IMG/VR virus record: IMGVR_UViG_3300027986_000015
Location: 1-45,003 of that record
Source of the DNA: a virus
Lineage: Duplodnaviria > Caudoviricetes
DNA length: 45,003 nucleotides
Reading direction: 5' to 3' (one strand)
The position numbers were made by a program, and so were the translations under genes. How positions within the stretch are numbered: the stretch's first letter is position 1; every line of letters begins with the position of its first letter. This document shows positions 9,843 to 18,519 of this stretch, piece after piece. A model generated the notes under the pieces. That model searched no databases. It was not told the DNA's origin and was given only the letters and a program-made list of their open reading frames with translations.

Positions 9843-10502
9843 ATGAACATTTATACCCTATCAGCCAAATCCCGTTGTGGTAAAGACACGGCTGCTACCC
9901 ACCTACTGAAAACCATTCCCAATTCCATTTCATATGCTTTAGCCGCAGGATTCAAAGAATCTATTGCAAAACATTTTTCTGACTATATGTCAAGAGCTGA
10001 TGTGTTCGGTGATGGTGTTGATCGAAATAATTTCATCATATACATCGACTCAACCGATTTTGAAGAATCAACCCATAAAGTCTTTGCAGATTTTGGATAT
10101 GATCTAAATAAATACCCTCAAATTGATTTAACCAGATACGACTTCAACGGCTGGACCATCCGCAGATTGATGCAAGTGATCGGAACAGATATTGGTGTGA
10201 ATCAAATTGATACAAATATCTGGTTGAAAGAATTTGAGTCCGATCTGTTTAGATTGAAGCTAATCTATGATAATGTAGTCGTAACAGATTGCAGACAGAC
10301 CCATGAAATCGATTTTCTACGTGGTCTGAATAGCACTGTCATCCATATCCATCGCAAAACCGGGTTGAGTGATTCCCATATCACAGAACGTGGTCTAGAA
10401 CCAGTGGATGGCGAATTTATCATCGAAAACAATTCAACCCTCAAGGCTCTCTATGAGCAACTGGATTGGATCGTCAAAACAGTGGACATTGAATCAAAAT
10501 GA
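9843..10502 (+). CDS. gp1: Deoxynucleoside monophosphate kinase gp1
   Basis: SAKSRCGKDTAA, RRLMQVIGTD, VVVTDCRQTHE, HITE.GL; AGGAG RBS. Confidence 0.92.
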   Translation: MNIYTLSAKSRCGKDTAATHLLKTIPNSISYALAAGFKESIAKHFSDYMSRADVFGDGVDRNNFIIYIDSTDFEESTHKVFADFGYDLNKYPQIDLTRYDFNGWTIRRLMQVIGTDIGVNQIDTNIWLKEFESDLFRLKLIYDNVVVTDCRQTHEIDFLRGLNSTVIHIHRKTGLSDSHITERGLEPVDGEFIIENNSTLKALYEQLDWIVKTVDIESK

Positions 10503-10681
10503 TACGTTGGCTACAGGAATATAAGCTACGTCGCCTCGAAAATCGATTGGTTGACGTGGCGATGGCGGAACGATTTGATGCAAAGAGTCAATCCTATGCA
10601 GAGGTGATCAAAGCGGACATACTCGCTTTGCGCAAAAAGCTCGGGTATTCAAACCCGAATTCAACAATCTGGAAAGAATAA
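10499..10681 (+). CDS. Hypothetical protein
   Basis: 60 aa ORF, ATGA overlap with gp1. Confidence 0.6.
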   Translation: MIRWLQEYKLRRLENRLVDVAMAERFDAKSQSYAEVIKADILALRKKLGYSNPNSTIWKE

Positions 10682-10722
10682 TGAAAGTAAAAGAATTGGT
10701 CTAGGGACCACATAAGGAAGCG

Positions 10723-11247
10723 GTGAACAGCATGGCAGTACAGAAACAAGCCCAAACCTATACACTGAAAGAATTGGATATGCAAGAAGTAATTGATGCA
10801 ATCCAAGCTTCCAGCCCGACCACCCGCATTTACGTGGGTGCCGACTCCAAGAGAGTGAAGAACAAGGTTGTCTACGTTACTGTCGTCGTTCTTCACTATG
10901 ATGGAAATAAAGGTGGGCGAATCTTCAAATCCATCGTGGTCGAACCTTGGTATGGAAATATCAAAGGCCGACTGATGAATGAGGTCTATAAAGCCATTGA
11001 CATGGCCTACAAGATCGTTGAACACCTTGACGGTCGTCCGTTCGAAATCCATTTGGACCTGAACCCGGACCCCGCACACAAATCCAACTGCGCTGTAAAG
11101 GAAGCGGTTGGTTATGTTTTGGGTACGTTTGGATTCAAACCAAAACTGAAACCAGAAGCTTGGTGTGGGTCTGCCGTAGCTGATCGGGATACCCTGAAAG
11201 CAGGGAAACGATTTAAAGTTGGAAAAGGGCTTGCACAACCAGCGTGA
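10723..11247 (+). CDS. RNase H-like protein, YkuK/DUF458 family
   Basis: IYVGADS, YVTVVVLH..GGRIF, EIHLDLN, KPEAWCGSAVADR. Confidence 0.8.
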   Translation: MNSMAVQKQAQTYTLKELDMQEVIDAIQASSPTTRIYVGADSKRVKNKVVYVTVVVLHYDGNKGGRIFKSIVVEPWYGNIKGRLMNEVYKAIDMAYKIVEHLDGRPFEIHLDLNPDPAHKSNCAVKEAVGYVLGTFGFKPKLKPEAWCGSAVADRDTLKAGKRFKVGKGLAQPA

Positions 11248-11509
11248 CCTTGATATCCTTGATTCTGTTCCGAATCAAGTGACTCAAACCAGAATGGTGG
11301 AAGCGATGGTACATGCAAGCGAAGGTGGTGAATGGTTCACCCAAGCAGAAATTGATGGATTGGCTCAGAGCTATGCTCAGGGCCGGTTGACCGAGTGGAT
11401 GCTACTCGATGCTTTGGATGACGATGACAAATTGGTTCGGATTGTTATGATCCGATCCAAAGATTTTAACGATGTAAATACAGATGAGGCCGTCACTGGT
11501 CTTATTTGA
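11219..11509 (+). CDS. Hypothetical protein
   Basis: 96 aa acidic ORF in operon context. Confidence 0.55.
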   Translation: MEKGLHNQRDLDILDSVPNQVTQTRMVEAMVHASEGGEWFTQAEIDGLAQSYAQGRLTEWMLLDALDDDDKLVRIVMIRSKDFNDVNTDEAVTGLI

Positions 11510-11855
11510 TGTACAAACCGGTAGTGGGCGTAAAAGTAGCCAGCTTTAATGAGTTGCGAGTGGGGTAAGATCAAAGCGTATTCAAGGTGAATCCACACCG
11601 AGATTCGTATAGCCACCGGGGAAGGACAAGTACAGTTTGTATGGTAATAGACTAATAGACACCCGTGCATGCAGGTGATCTGGGTCTTACGTTTGTGGGC
11701 GCAGCCACTACTTAAAATGGCAGACCAATGGTGAGGTCTGAAAAGGCTGGTTGAGAACTTGATTCGATAGCAGACACCGTTCCATTGATGCCATACAAGA
11801 CCCGTAGAGCATTTGGTGTAGTAACACGCCTGTTGATGTAATGCAGTACCGTAGG

Positions 11856-12015
11856 TTTGATGGGAAGTTGGATTAGCAGCGTCCATCTTATAATGAGTGG
11901 GGCAAGGTTTGATATATGGATTGCTGGGAATGTATGCCCAAGCTGTGTATCAAGCTGGCAGTAGATCGAGGGCGCGCTAGACTCCCCTTTGGCGTGATAG
12001 CACACCATCAAACCA
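11856..12015 (+). ncRNA. CCA-ending structured RNA, TTTGA...TCAAA-CCA family
   Basis: Terminal stem TTTGATGG/CCATCAAA followed by CCA, just upstream of a tRNA. Confidence 0.55.
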
Positions 12016-12021
12016 CATTTA

Positions 12022-12098
12022 GGGCCTTTAGCACAGCGGTCTAGTGCGCTCGGCTCATAACCGATGAGGCAGGGGTTCGAATCCCTTATGGCCCACCA
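12022..12098 (+). tRNA. tRNA-Ile2 (CAT, probably lysidine type)
   Basis: Cloverleaf, loop CTCATAA, C4-G69 and C5-G68 pairs, encoded CCA. Confidence 0.85.
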
Positions 12099-12119
12099 AA
12101 TTTTTGTGAGGATTTTAGA

Positions 12120-12329
12120 ATGAATCTTGATTGTAAACCGGGTACGAAAATCCGCTATACCGGCCAAGGTGGCTGGGATGCTGATAAAGTTCATGCCGAC
12201 AAACACCTGACCGTTGGTGAAATCTATACCGTGGATATCATCGATATTGGTAACTGGAGTTCGGACGTATATTTGATCGAAGTTCCAGATATCGATTTCA
12301 ATACCGTAATGTTCGAGGAAGTTGAATGA
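12120..12329 (+). CDS. Hypothetical protein (paralog of 12556-12789)
   Basis: GAGG RBS; shared G.K....G..L..G..YTV..I.I...FN..MFE pattern. Confidence 0.7.
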   Translation: MNLDCKPGTKIRYTGQGGWDADKVHADKHLTVGEIYTVDIIDIGNWSSDVYLIEVPDIDFNTVMFEEVE

Positions 12330-12559
12330 ACATTCGCTTCGTGGTAGAAGGTATGTATGTTGATCGAAATTCCAGCACCTATGGTAGCAAGCCTGTTACA
12401 TGGGTACGGGAGTGGAAAGTCTGGAGAGAAACAACCAGTCTAGAAGATGCCCGTGCTATGAAGGCGTCTGGATTGAAAATCATGAACACAAAAGAGTGGT
12501 CAGGATTCAACGAACTTCGGATTGTGCAAATCACAGAGCATAAAGAGATTGTGGAATGA
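12326..12559 (+). CDS. Hypothetical protein
   Basis: ATGA-coupled 77 aa ORF. Confidence 0.65.
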   Translation: MNIRFVVEGMYVDRNSSTYGSKPVTWVREWKVWRETTSLEDARAMKASGLKIMNTKEWSGFNELRIVQITEHKEIVE

Positions 12560-12789
12560 GTATTGAAGTAGGTTCCAAAGTCAAATTTATCGGCAGTAAT
12601 GCCCACCCTCAAGAAGTTGCCGAGGGTAATCGACTTCTGAAAACCGGTGTCGAATATACGGTGAATTATATCCACATTCCAAACCCATTTTATGTTTTCA
12701 TTTTTCTGGATGGGTTTCCGGGTGATGGGTTCAATTTCTCCATGTTTGAACTTGTTGAAGCTCCGGTGACTGAATGCCTATCCCACTGA
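12556..12789 (+). CDS. Hypothetical protein (paralog of 12120-12329)
   Basis: ATGA-coupled; shared motif. Confidence 0.7.
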   Translation: MSIEVGSKVKFIGSNAHPQEVAEGNRLLKTGVEYTVNYIHIPNPFYVFIFLDGFPGDGFNFSMFELVEAPVTECLSH

Positions 12790-12908
12790 TCTGCCGTTGG
12801 TTCGGACACAAATTCATCTTCCGTATGGAATTCATTGGTACGTGTACCGGTCGGGTGGAATATCATCATTCTGATCGGTGCCTTCGCTGTGGGTACAAAC
12901 CTCAATGA
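12774..12908 (+). CDS. Small Cys/His protein (DUF1660-like)
   Basis: Manual: MPIPLICRWFGHKF...CLRCGYKPQ. Confidence 0.55.
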   Translation: MPIPLICRWFGHKFIFRMEFIGTCTGRVEYHHSDRCLRCGYKPQ

Positions 12909-13081
12909 AAATTGATGGAAAGCATCCTGTAAGGCAGCAATGCCGGGACCAAATCCGTCATGTGAAAACTCATGGTTCGATTACATTCACCGAAGCTGAA
13001 TTCTGTGCGATGATCGCTAAAATCGAACAAGTTGTTCCAAGACCTAGGAGTCTTACGTCATCATGGAAAGGCAATCGTTAG
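12905..13081 (+). CDS. Hypothetical protein
   Basis: ATGA-coupled, MKIDGKHP... Confidence 0.5.
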   Translation: MKIDGKHPVRQQCRDQIRHVKTHGSITFTEAEFCAMIAKIEQVVPRPRSLTSSWKGNR

Positions 13082-13305
13082 AAGCAATGCATACCAGACA
13101 ATTGATCGATAAACTGCGTAGCACCCGTGCTAGCATGACTATGATCAATGGTCTATATGGGGAACCAACTCCAGAACAGCGAGAAGCTGTCGAAGCCGAT
13201 GTGAATTTGATTAAATCGGTTCTGGCTACCCGTGAACATGTACCGGGTAAAGCCGAAGCGAAGCAGATTCGTCAGTACAAACAGAAATTGAAACAGGCTA
13301 GATAA
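13063..13305 (+). CDS. Hypothetical protein
   Basis: AGGAG RBS, 80 aa. Confidence 0.65.
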   Translation: MERQSLEAMHTRQLIDKLRSTRASMTMINGLYGEPTPEQREAVEADVNLIKSVLATREHVPGKAEAKQIRQYKQKLKQAR

Positions 13306-13454
13306 TGAAATCGAAACCAGAAATCGTTGTTCAAAAGCGTCAAGAACGAACTGTCGTTGAAACAATTGAAGTAAAATGTAGTTGTGGTAAACGACCGGTT
13401 CATAAATGCGTTAAAGAATCTGGCACCGGCCATGGGAAGATGTGTTTTCAATGA
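13305..13454 (+). CDS. Small Cys-rich hypothetical protein
   Basis: Manual: MKSKPEIVVQ...KCSCGK...KMCFQ; coupled on both sides. Confidence 0.55.
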   Translation: MKSKPEIVVQKRQERTVVETIEVKCSCGKRPVHKCVKESGTGHGKMCFQ

Positions 13455-13663
13455 GCATGATCCAAGCAAATTCGGTTGTGACCAAGACAACCACTGCACG
13501 CCTGAAATCCGACGACCTCAAGAAATTGATCGCCGCTGATTTGGGTGTTGATCCAAAATCAGTATCGCTGAAATTCGAATTGTCATACGAATATGGTGGA
13601 TACCGGGATGACAGTATGACCGGTGCATCATTCAGTTCACTCGAAGTCAAGGTAGTAGAATGA
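13451..13663 (+). CDS. Hypothetical protein
   Basis: ATGA-coupled ORF. Confidence 0.6.
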   Translation: MSMIQANSVVTKTTTARLKSDDLKKLIAADLGVDPKSVSLKFELSYEYGGYRDDSMTGASFSSLEVKVVE

Positions 13664-13863
13664 AGCTCAAATTTGTTTTGGTATGCCTTGCGGTGATTGC
13701 ACTTGCCGGGTGTGATGACTACACAACCATGTTGAATCAAACCGCAGGGTATTCAAATGCTCGCGATGTTGGGCGTGGCTATGTAATGTATGAAATCGAA
13801 GGTGGTACGGTGACTTGCCGTGAACATTCCAGTCGTTCCGAATTAACCTGCTGGAAAAACTAA
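13660..13863 (+). CDS. Small lipoprotein
   Basis: Signal peptide with LAGC lipobox. Confidence 0.7.
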   Translation: MKLKFVLVCLAVIALAGCDDYTTMLNQTAGYSNARDVGRGYVMYEIEGGTVTCREHSSRSELTCWKN

Positions 13864-13878
13864 TGATCAAATTCATTT

Positions 13879-14313
13879 ATGACAACTATTCACGATTTAG
13901 AAGTTCAATTCCGAACTTCTCAAGAGAGAATAAGCATGTCAAGAACAACACGTCGCGGTAAACCATCCAGAAACTTCCACAAGTACATCGGCCTTGGTAT
14001 CATCTGGGGCGAAAATCGTCGCATCCATATCTGTCATTCGTATCCGGGTGGTTGGTACAATGACATCAGCGATGAACCACTGTGGAAGGAGGAAGAATTC
14101 GAAACCTATGACGACTACGCAGCATTCGAAATCCGTAAATACCACATGGATTACAGACCGTGGAACAAAACCCCCGGTTGGTGCCATCGTGTCGAAGTAC
14201 AGCGTCAAAAACGTTTGCACAAAGCTACGTTGCATCATGCGATCCGTAATGGGTCTGAAGACGAAATGATTCTGGTTCGGCTCCAACAAGATGCTGAATG
14301 GTTGTGGAGCTAA
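13879..14313 (+). CDS. Hypothetical protein
   Basis: 144 aa; may start at internal MSRTTRR. Confidence 0.65.
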   Translation: MTTIHDLEVQFRTSQERISMSRTTRRGKPSRNFHKYIGLGIIWGENRRIHICHSYPGGWYNDISDEPLWKEEEFETYDDYAAFEIRKYHMDYRPWNKTPGWCHRVEVQRQKRLHKATLHHAIRNGSEDEMILVRLQQDAEWLWS

Positions 14314-14339
14314 AAATATTTTTCAAAATTTAACGATTT

Positions 14340-14372
14340 TGTTTAGATTTTGAGAAAAGAATGATATAAATA
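14340..14372 (+). promoter_or_regulatory. Overlapping TGTTTAGA promoter and late TATAAATA box
   Basis: TGTTTAGA 14340-14347; TATAAATA 14365-14372. Confidence 0.7.
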
Positions 14373-14466
14373 GAAGTACAGAAGCAGGAAATGAGGTCTT
14401 AGGACTCCACCAGCTTCGATACCGGTCCTGTCAGGAATGACATAACATCAATTGTGGCCGGTTTAT

Positions 14467-14543
14467 ACGTCAGTAGTTCCAATTGGCAGAACGCTACGCT
14501 CCAAACGTAGATGATCGAGGTTCGAATCCTCGCTGGCGTGCCA
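14467..14543 (+). tRNA. tRNA-Trp (CCA)
   Basis: Cloverleaf, CTACG CTCCAAA CGTAG, G73-CCA. Confidence 0.92.
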
Positions 14544-14549
14544 AATTTC

Positions 14550-14578
14550 AAAGCCTCGGGAAACCGGGGCTTTTTCTT
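14550..14578 (+). terminator. Intrinsic terminator
   Basis: AAAGCCTCGG GAAA CCGGGGCTTT followed by T-tract. Confidence 0.8.
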
Positions 14579-14599
14579 GCCAAAAATATTTTGAGAAAG

Positions 14600-14630
14600 T
14601 GTTTAGATTCTGTTTTGGGTGTGGTATGCT
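14600..14630 (+). promoter_or_regulatory. TGTTTAGA promoter for the DUF2828 gene
   Basis: TTTAGA-17 bp-TATGCT with TGn extension. Confidence 0.75.
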
Positions 14631-14673
14631 TCATCCATCGAAACGAAATATATTGAATTGTGAGGATTTTGTA

Positions 14674-16068
14674 ATGACCTATGGCAACCTGACCCAAACC
14701 ACCAACGGCATCGCTGCTGTGAAATCGTCCCTGAATGCTTGCGTCGATCTGTTCGCTCAGATTGGTTCCTCGCGTGGTAAGGACATTACCCCGGCCTTTA
14801 CAAAGGCTTTCCGCGAAGACCAGAACATTGCCGCACGAATCCTTCAATGGTCCCGTGATGTACGCGGTGGTGCCGGTGAGCGTGACACCTTCCGTAACCT
14901 GCTGGTAAATCTGCTGGATAACGGCCACACCGGAGTTATCGCACGCCTGATTGCCAAGGTTCCAGAAATTGGTCGTTGGGATGACCTGTTTGTTCTGATT
15001 GGTAAATCGGATCAGATTGATGCAATCATTGCAGAAACCGTTGCACAGGCTCTGGTTGAAAAGAATGGGCTTTGCGCAAAATGGTTGCCGCGTGAAGGTA
15101 AGAAGTATTCTCGTTTCTTCATGAATGCTTTCGAACTGACCGAGCGCCAATACCGCAAACTGATCGTCGGCCTGTCGAATACTGTCGAACAGAAAATGTG
15201 TGCCCATCAATGGGATCAAATCGAGTTCGGCAAAATTCCATCGCTGGCCGCGAAGAACTACCAGAAAGCTTTCAACCGTCATACCCCTGAGCTGTATCAG
15301 GAGTATATCGACGGTCTGGCATCCGGTAAGACCAAGATCAATGCCGGTGCTATCTACCCATATGATGTAATTCGTGGGTTGAATGGTGTGGCTGGTATTG
15401 CGGATGCCCAGTGGAAGGCTCTGCCAGACTATATGGAAGGTTCTGAAGAAAACCTGTTGGCAATCATCGACGTGTCGTCTTCGATGAGTTCGCGTGTATC
15501 GGACAATCTGTCTTGCATGGATGTTGCGATTTCGTTGGGTATGTATGTTGCGGAACGCTCTAAAGGCGCTTTCAAAGACAAATTCATCACCTTCGATTCG
15601 TACCCACGTCTGATCGATCTGAGTCATGCGAAAGGACTGGCACAACGTTACAACATCACCAAGTCTGCACCTTGGGGCGGTTCTACCAACCTTGAATTGA
15701 CGTTCAAACTGATTCTGGAAACAGCGGTGAAGAACAAAGTTCCGGCGTCGGATATGCCAACCAAGATCATTCTGTGGTCGGACATGCAGTTCAATTCGGC
15801 TGCGCGTGGTTGGGATAAAGAATCCGCGTTCATCATGATCGACAATATGTATGCAGCGGCTGGTTATAAACGCCCTGATATCATTTTCTGGATCGTTGCG
15901 GCGAACGTACCGAATTTCCCTGTAACGTTCGGGGCTGGTAAAACTGCAATGCTGTCTGGGTTCTCCCCGGCCATCATGAAGGCGGTTCTGGCACAAACCG
16001 ATGTACCAGAAATGACCCCAATGTCGATGATGTTGGAAGCGGTGAACATCGACCGATATAATTGGTGA
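14674..16068 (+). CDS. DUF2828-family TROVE/vWA-like (Ro60-like) protein
   Basis: T.NG....KSS.NACVDLF, RDVRGGAGER, GRWDDL, AKWLPRE, INAGAIYPYD, MIDAS-like DVSSS, WGGSTN, SDMQF, SGFSP; GAGG RBS. Confidence 0.85.
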   Translation: MTYGNLTQTTNGIAAVKSSLNACVDLFAQIGSSRGKDITPAFTKAFREDQNIAARILQWSRDVRGGAGERDTFRNLLVNLLDNGHTGVIARLIAKVPEIGRWDDLFVLIGKSDQIDAIIAETVAQALVEKNGLCAKWLPREGKKYSRFFMNAFELTERQYRKLIVGLSNTVEQKMCAHQWDQIEFGKIPSLAAKNYQKAFNRHTPELYQEYIDGLASGKTKINAGAIYPYDVIRGLNGVAGIADAQWKALPDYMEGSEENLLAIIDVSSSMSSRVSDNLSCMDVAISLGMYVAERSKGAFKDKFITFDSYPRLIDLSHAKGLAQRYNITKSAPWGGSTNLELTFKLILETAVKNKVPASDMPTKIILWSDMQFNSAARGWDKESAFIMIDNMYAAAGYKRPDIIFWIVAANVPNFPVTFGAGKTAMLSGFSPAIMKAVLAQTDVPEMTPMSMMLEAVNIDRYNW

Positions 16069-16069
16069 T

Positions 16070-16351
16070 TTGATGCAATGGACATTTGAGCGATTCATGC
16101 AGGGCTACAGTGATTATTTCGAGCGCCGGGGTGAAATCTGGTTGAGCGATTACATCAAAGACCTCATGGGCCGCTCTGTGTCCTCGTATGAGCTTGTTTC
16201 ATACGAGATTCAGGAACTGACATGGGTTATGTGGCAAAGTGGCCCAGAAAGCCTTGCAGAGTTCGGTTTAGCATGGTCCAAACGGGATCGGTTGATCTAC
16301 ATGATGAGTGACTGGATCAAGTATTTGGACACCAACGAAAAATATTTTTAA
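16070..16351 (+). CDS. Hypothetical protein
   Basis: 93 aa ORF directly after DUF2828. Confidence 0.6.
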   Translation: MMQWTFERFMQGYSDYFERRGEIWLSDYIKDLMGRSVSSYELVSYEIQELTWVMWQSGPESLAEFGLAWSKRDRLIYMMSDWIKYLDTNEKYF

Positions 16352-16433
16352 AATATTTCAATTATTTTCGAATTTTTGAAAAACACATCGCTAAATACAT
16401 ATACGAAACAAAAACTTTTACTGAGAAATCAAA

Positions 16434-16574
16434 ATGTCTGCAATGACAACCTTCGCAAAACGCAATCTGAATAACGCTGGATATCCGGTGCAGGATCGCT
16501 TTGCCTTTGATTCCGGAAAGAATGTTTCAATCAATGGATTTCTCATGAAAGAGATAGACCTTGGGTTCATGTAA
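16434..16574 (+). CDS. Putative leader peptide (46 aa) upstream of tRNA cluster
   Basis: Manual: MSAMTTFAKRNLNNAGYPVQDRFAFDSGKNVSINGFLMKEIDLGFM; GAG RBS. Confidence 0.5.
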   Translation: MSAMTTFAKRNLNNAGYPVQDRFAFDSGKNVSINGFLMKEIDLGFM

Positions 16575-16592
16575 CCCAGTCTCAGTTTTCAT

Positions 16593-16626
16593 AAAGGGAA
16601 TCCAGCAATGGGTTCCCTTTTTTATT
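16593..16626 (+). terminator. Intrinsic terminator/attenuator immediately before tRNA-Arg
   Basis: AAAGGGAATCC AGCAAT GGGTTCCCTTT TTTATT. Confidence 0.8.
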
Positions 16627-16704
16627 GCGCTCGAAGTTCAACTGGACGAACGCCCGTTTACGAAGCGGTAGGTTGTGGGTTCGAGAATCCCACGGGGCGC
16701 ACCA
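16627..16704 (+). tRNA. tRNA-Arg (ACG), 9-nt T-loop
   Basis: CCCGT TTACGAA GCGGT; T-loop TTCGAGAAT; CCA. Confidence 0.8.
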
Positions 16705-16710
16705 AATTCT

Positions 16711-16794
16711 GGATCAGACGGGACAAAGGTAGTCCCTGCGGGCTGTAACCCCGTGCCGCTGGCGAAGTAGGTTCGATCCCTACCTGATCCACCA
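16711..16794 (+). tRNA. tRNA-Tyr (GTA)
   Basis: GCGGG CTGTAAC CCCGT, variable arm, CCA. Confidence 0.85.
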
Positions 16795-16808
16795 AATTTT
16801 GATACAAT

Positions 16809-16884
16809 GTCGAAGAAGCTAACTTGGTAGAAGCGATTGCCTGAAAAGCAATAGGAGTCGGATCGTTACCGACCTTCGACACCA
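16809..16884 (+). tRNA. tRNA-Phe (GAA)
   Basis: ATTGC CTGAAAA GCAAT; T-loop ATCGTTA; CCA. Confidence 0.88.
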
Positions 16885-16938
16885 AATATTTTTGTTCTGA
16901 TCTATTGAAAACAGAACAAAACGTGGTAAGATCCTCCC

Positions 16939-17361
16939 ATGAATCAAATCATGGTGCCTAAAATGGATCAGATGGTTGTGTATCGTATAGAAGACCCGGA
17001 TAGCCGTATCGGAATGTATACCTCTGGTGGTTGTGTTGCGTTCAGGTATATGTCAGGCGGTCGGCAACACCCAGGTCCATATAGTGATAATCGGTTGAAG
17101 ACCGAGCTTAACGAGAAGAATTCACAGTTAGGTGACGAAGATAACCTCTTTGTCAGTCAATGCAAATTCGGATTTGCATCAAAAAAGCAGATGCGTAACT
17201 GGGTGTCTCAGGATGAATGGAAACAAAAGCTTGCAGAAGAAGGATTGATCGTTGCTAAATACCGGGTGCCAAAAGAAATGGTTGCCATTGGTAATACGCA
17301 GGCGATCTTCCATCCCCAACATGCAGAGCTGGTTTCGACCATGTGTCCAACCAAGATTTAA
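16939..17361 (+). CDS. Hypothetical protein
   Basis: 140 aa ORF after a promoter-like TTGAAA...TGGTAAGAT. Confidence 0.65.
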   Translation: MNQIMVPKMDQMVVYRIEDPDSRIGMYTSGGCVAFRYMSGGRQHPGPYSDNRLKTELNEKNSQLGDEDNLFVSQCKFGFASKKQMRNWVSQDEWKQKLAEEGLIVAKYRVPKEMVAIGNTQAIFHPQHAELVSTMCPTKI

Positions 17362-17528
17362 AAATATTTTGTAATTCTGTTTAGATTGAATCGAAACAGT
17401 GTTATAGTAGATTCACAAGTCAGGGCAGCCGGGGAGATTCAGTTAGCCGGTGCTGACTTGGTAACCAAATACCTAAACGCCTTGGGTATTCGGATAGCGA
17501 GAACGTTGGGAAACGTGCTTTCTATTTT

Positions 17529-17602
17529 GCGGGTATCGTATAGTGGTATTACCCCAGCCTTCCAAGCTGATGATAGGAGTTCGATTCTCCTTACCCGCTC
17601 CA
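17529..17602 (+). tRNA. tRNA-Gly (TCC)
   Basis: GCGGGTA acceptor, CTTCCAA loop, U73-CCA. Confidence 0.93.
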
Positions 17603-17624
17603 AATTCTTTGTGAGAAACATATT

Positions 17625-17870
17625 ATGGATTGTGTCTTTTGTAATTCTGGATATCCGGTAACAGTCAAACACCGAATTCTGGTGGACTATCAAGGTCAAC
17701 CGCGAACGATGCTTATGAGTGATTCAATTCTGATGACAATTGATGAGCTGATCAAGAAATCGAACAGAAAGTCCAAAAAGACTCGGATCGTCCATGGTCA
17801 GACTCTGACAGTTGCACAACGTAAGAAGCAATATGTGGATTATCGAAACATGATTCTGGGACTGCATTAA
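17625..17870 (+). CDS. Hypothetical protein
   Basis: 81 aa, N-terminal CxxC. Confidence 0.6.
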   Translation: MDCVFCNSGYPVTVKHRILVDYQGQPRTMLMSDSILMTIDELIKKSNRKSKKTRIVHGQTLTVAQRKKQYVDYRNMILGLH

Positions 17871-18091
17871 TGGCTATTCCAACCGATCTAAATAAGATTT
17901 CGACTAATCTCGGAATGCTTGAACTACAGGAAGTTTGTGGTGCATTGAATGTGACCACGCAACCTGAAATTCACTGGTTGGGTAAACCGATGATGTTTGC
18001 CGGAGCCTGTCAATGTGATTTCATGTTCCGGGGTGATACTTACACCTTGAACGAACACTATGAAGTGGTTTCATCCATTCGTAGAAAATGA
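17870..18091 (+). CDS. Hypothetical protein
   Basis: TAATG-coupled 73 aa ORF. Confidence 0.6.
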   Translation: MAIPTDLNKISTNLGMLELQEVCGALNVTTQPEIHWLGKPMMFAGACQCDFMFRGDTYTLNEHYEVVSSIRRK

Positions 18092-18098
18092 TGTAATT

Positions 18099-18191
18099 GG
18101 ATCGGTAAGCCGAGTTGGCCTAGCGGCGGCGGTCTTGAAAACCGAGGGCTCTGAAAGGGGTGTGTGAGTTCGAGTCTCACCCGATCCGCCA
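18099..18191 (+). tRNA. tRNA-Ser (TGA)
   Basis: CTTGAAA loop, long variable arm, G73-CCA. Confidence 0.92.
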
Positions 18192-18208
18192 AATTTGAGG
18201 TAATTGTG

Positions 18209-18376
18209 ATGCTTGGTATTTTGATCTTTATATCATGGATAGTTTTTGCGATCCTTGATATTCGATACTTCTCGGAACGACAATTGGATCACGAACCAGA
18301 TGGTTGGGTCAAATATCTGATCGCATTTCTGCCCGGTAGCGGTTTCTATTACAAATGGAAATCGATGCAAAAATAA
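18209..18376 (+). CDS. Small membrane protein
   Basis: GAGG RBS; MLGILIFISWIVFAIL... Confidence 0.6.
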   Translation: MLGILIFISWIVFAILDIRYFSERQLDHEPDGWVKYLIAFLPGSGFYYKWKSMQK

Positions 18377-18434
18377 AAATCTGAAACTGTTTAGATTGAC
18401 TCGAAACAGTGGTAGAATAGATTCATGATGCAAT

Positions 18435-18510
18435 GGGTGTATAGTGTAACTGGATAGCACATAATCCTTCTAAGTTTATAGTTCGGGTTCGAGCCCTGAT
18501 ATACCTACCA
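18435..18510 (+). tRNA. tRNA-Arg (TCT)
   Basis: CTTCTAA loop, T-arm TTCGAGC, CCA. Confidence 0.85.
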
Positions 18511-18519
18511 AGTTTTAAT

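Noticed and set aside
11377-12206. Minus-strand ORFs of 169 and 164 aa over the ncRNA/tRNA region
   Set aside because: Antisense to tRNA and structured RNA; the region is otherwise uniformly plus-strand
14548-16098. 516 aa minus-strand ORF (and other antisense ORFs such as 10594-11238, 33404-33937, 37768-38364)
   Set aside because: Shadow frames of well-supported plus-strand genes; no recognisable motifs
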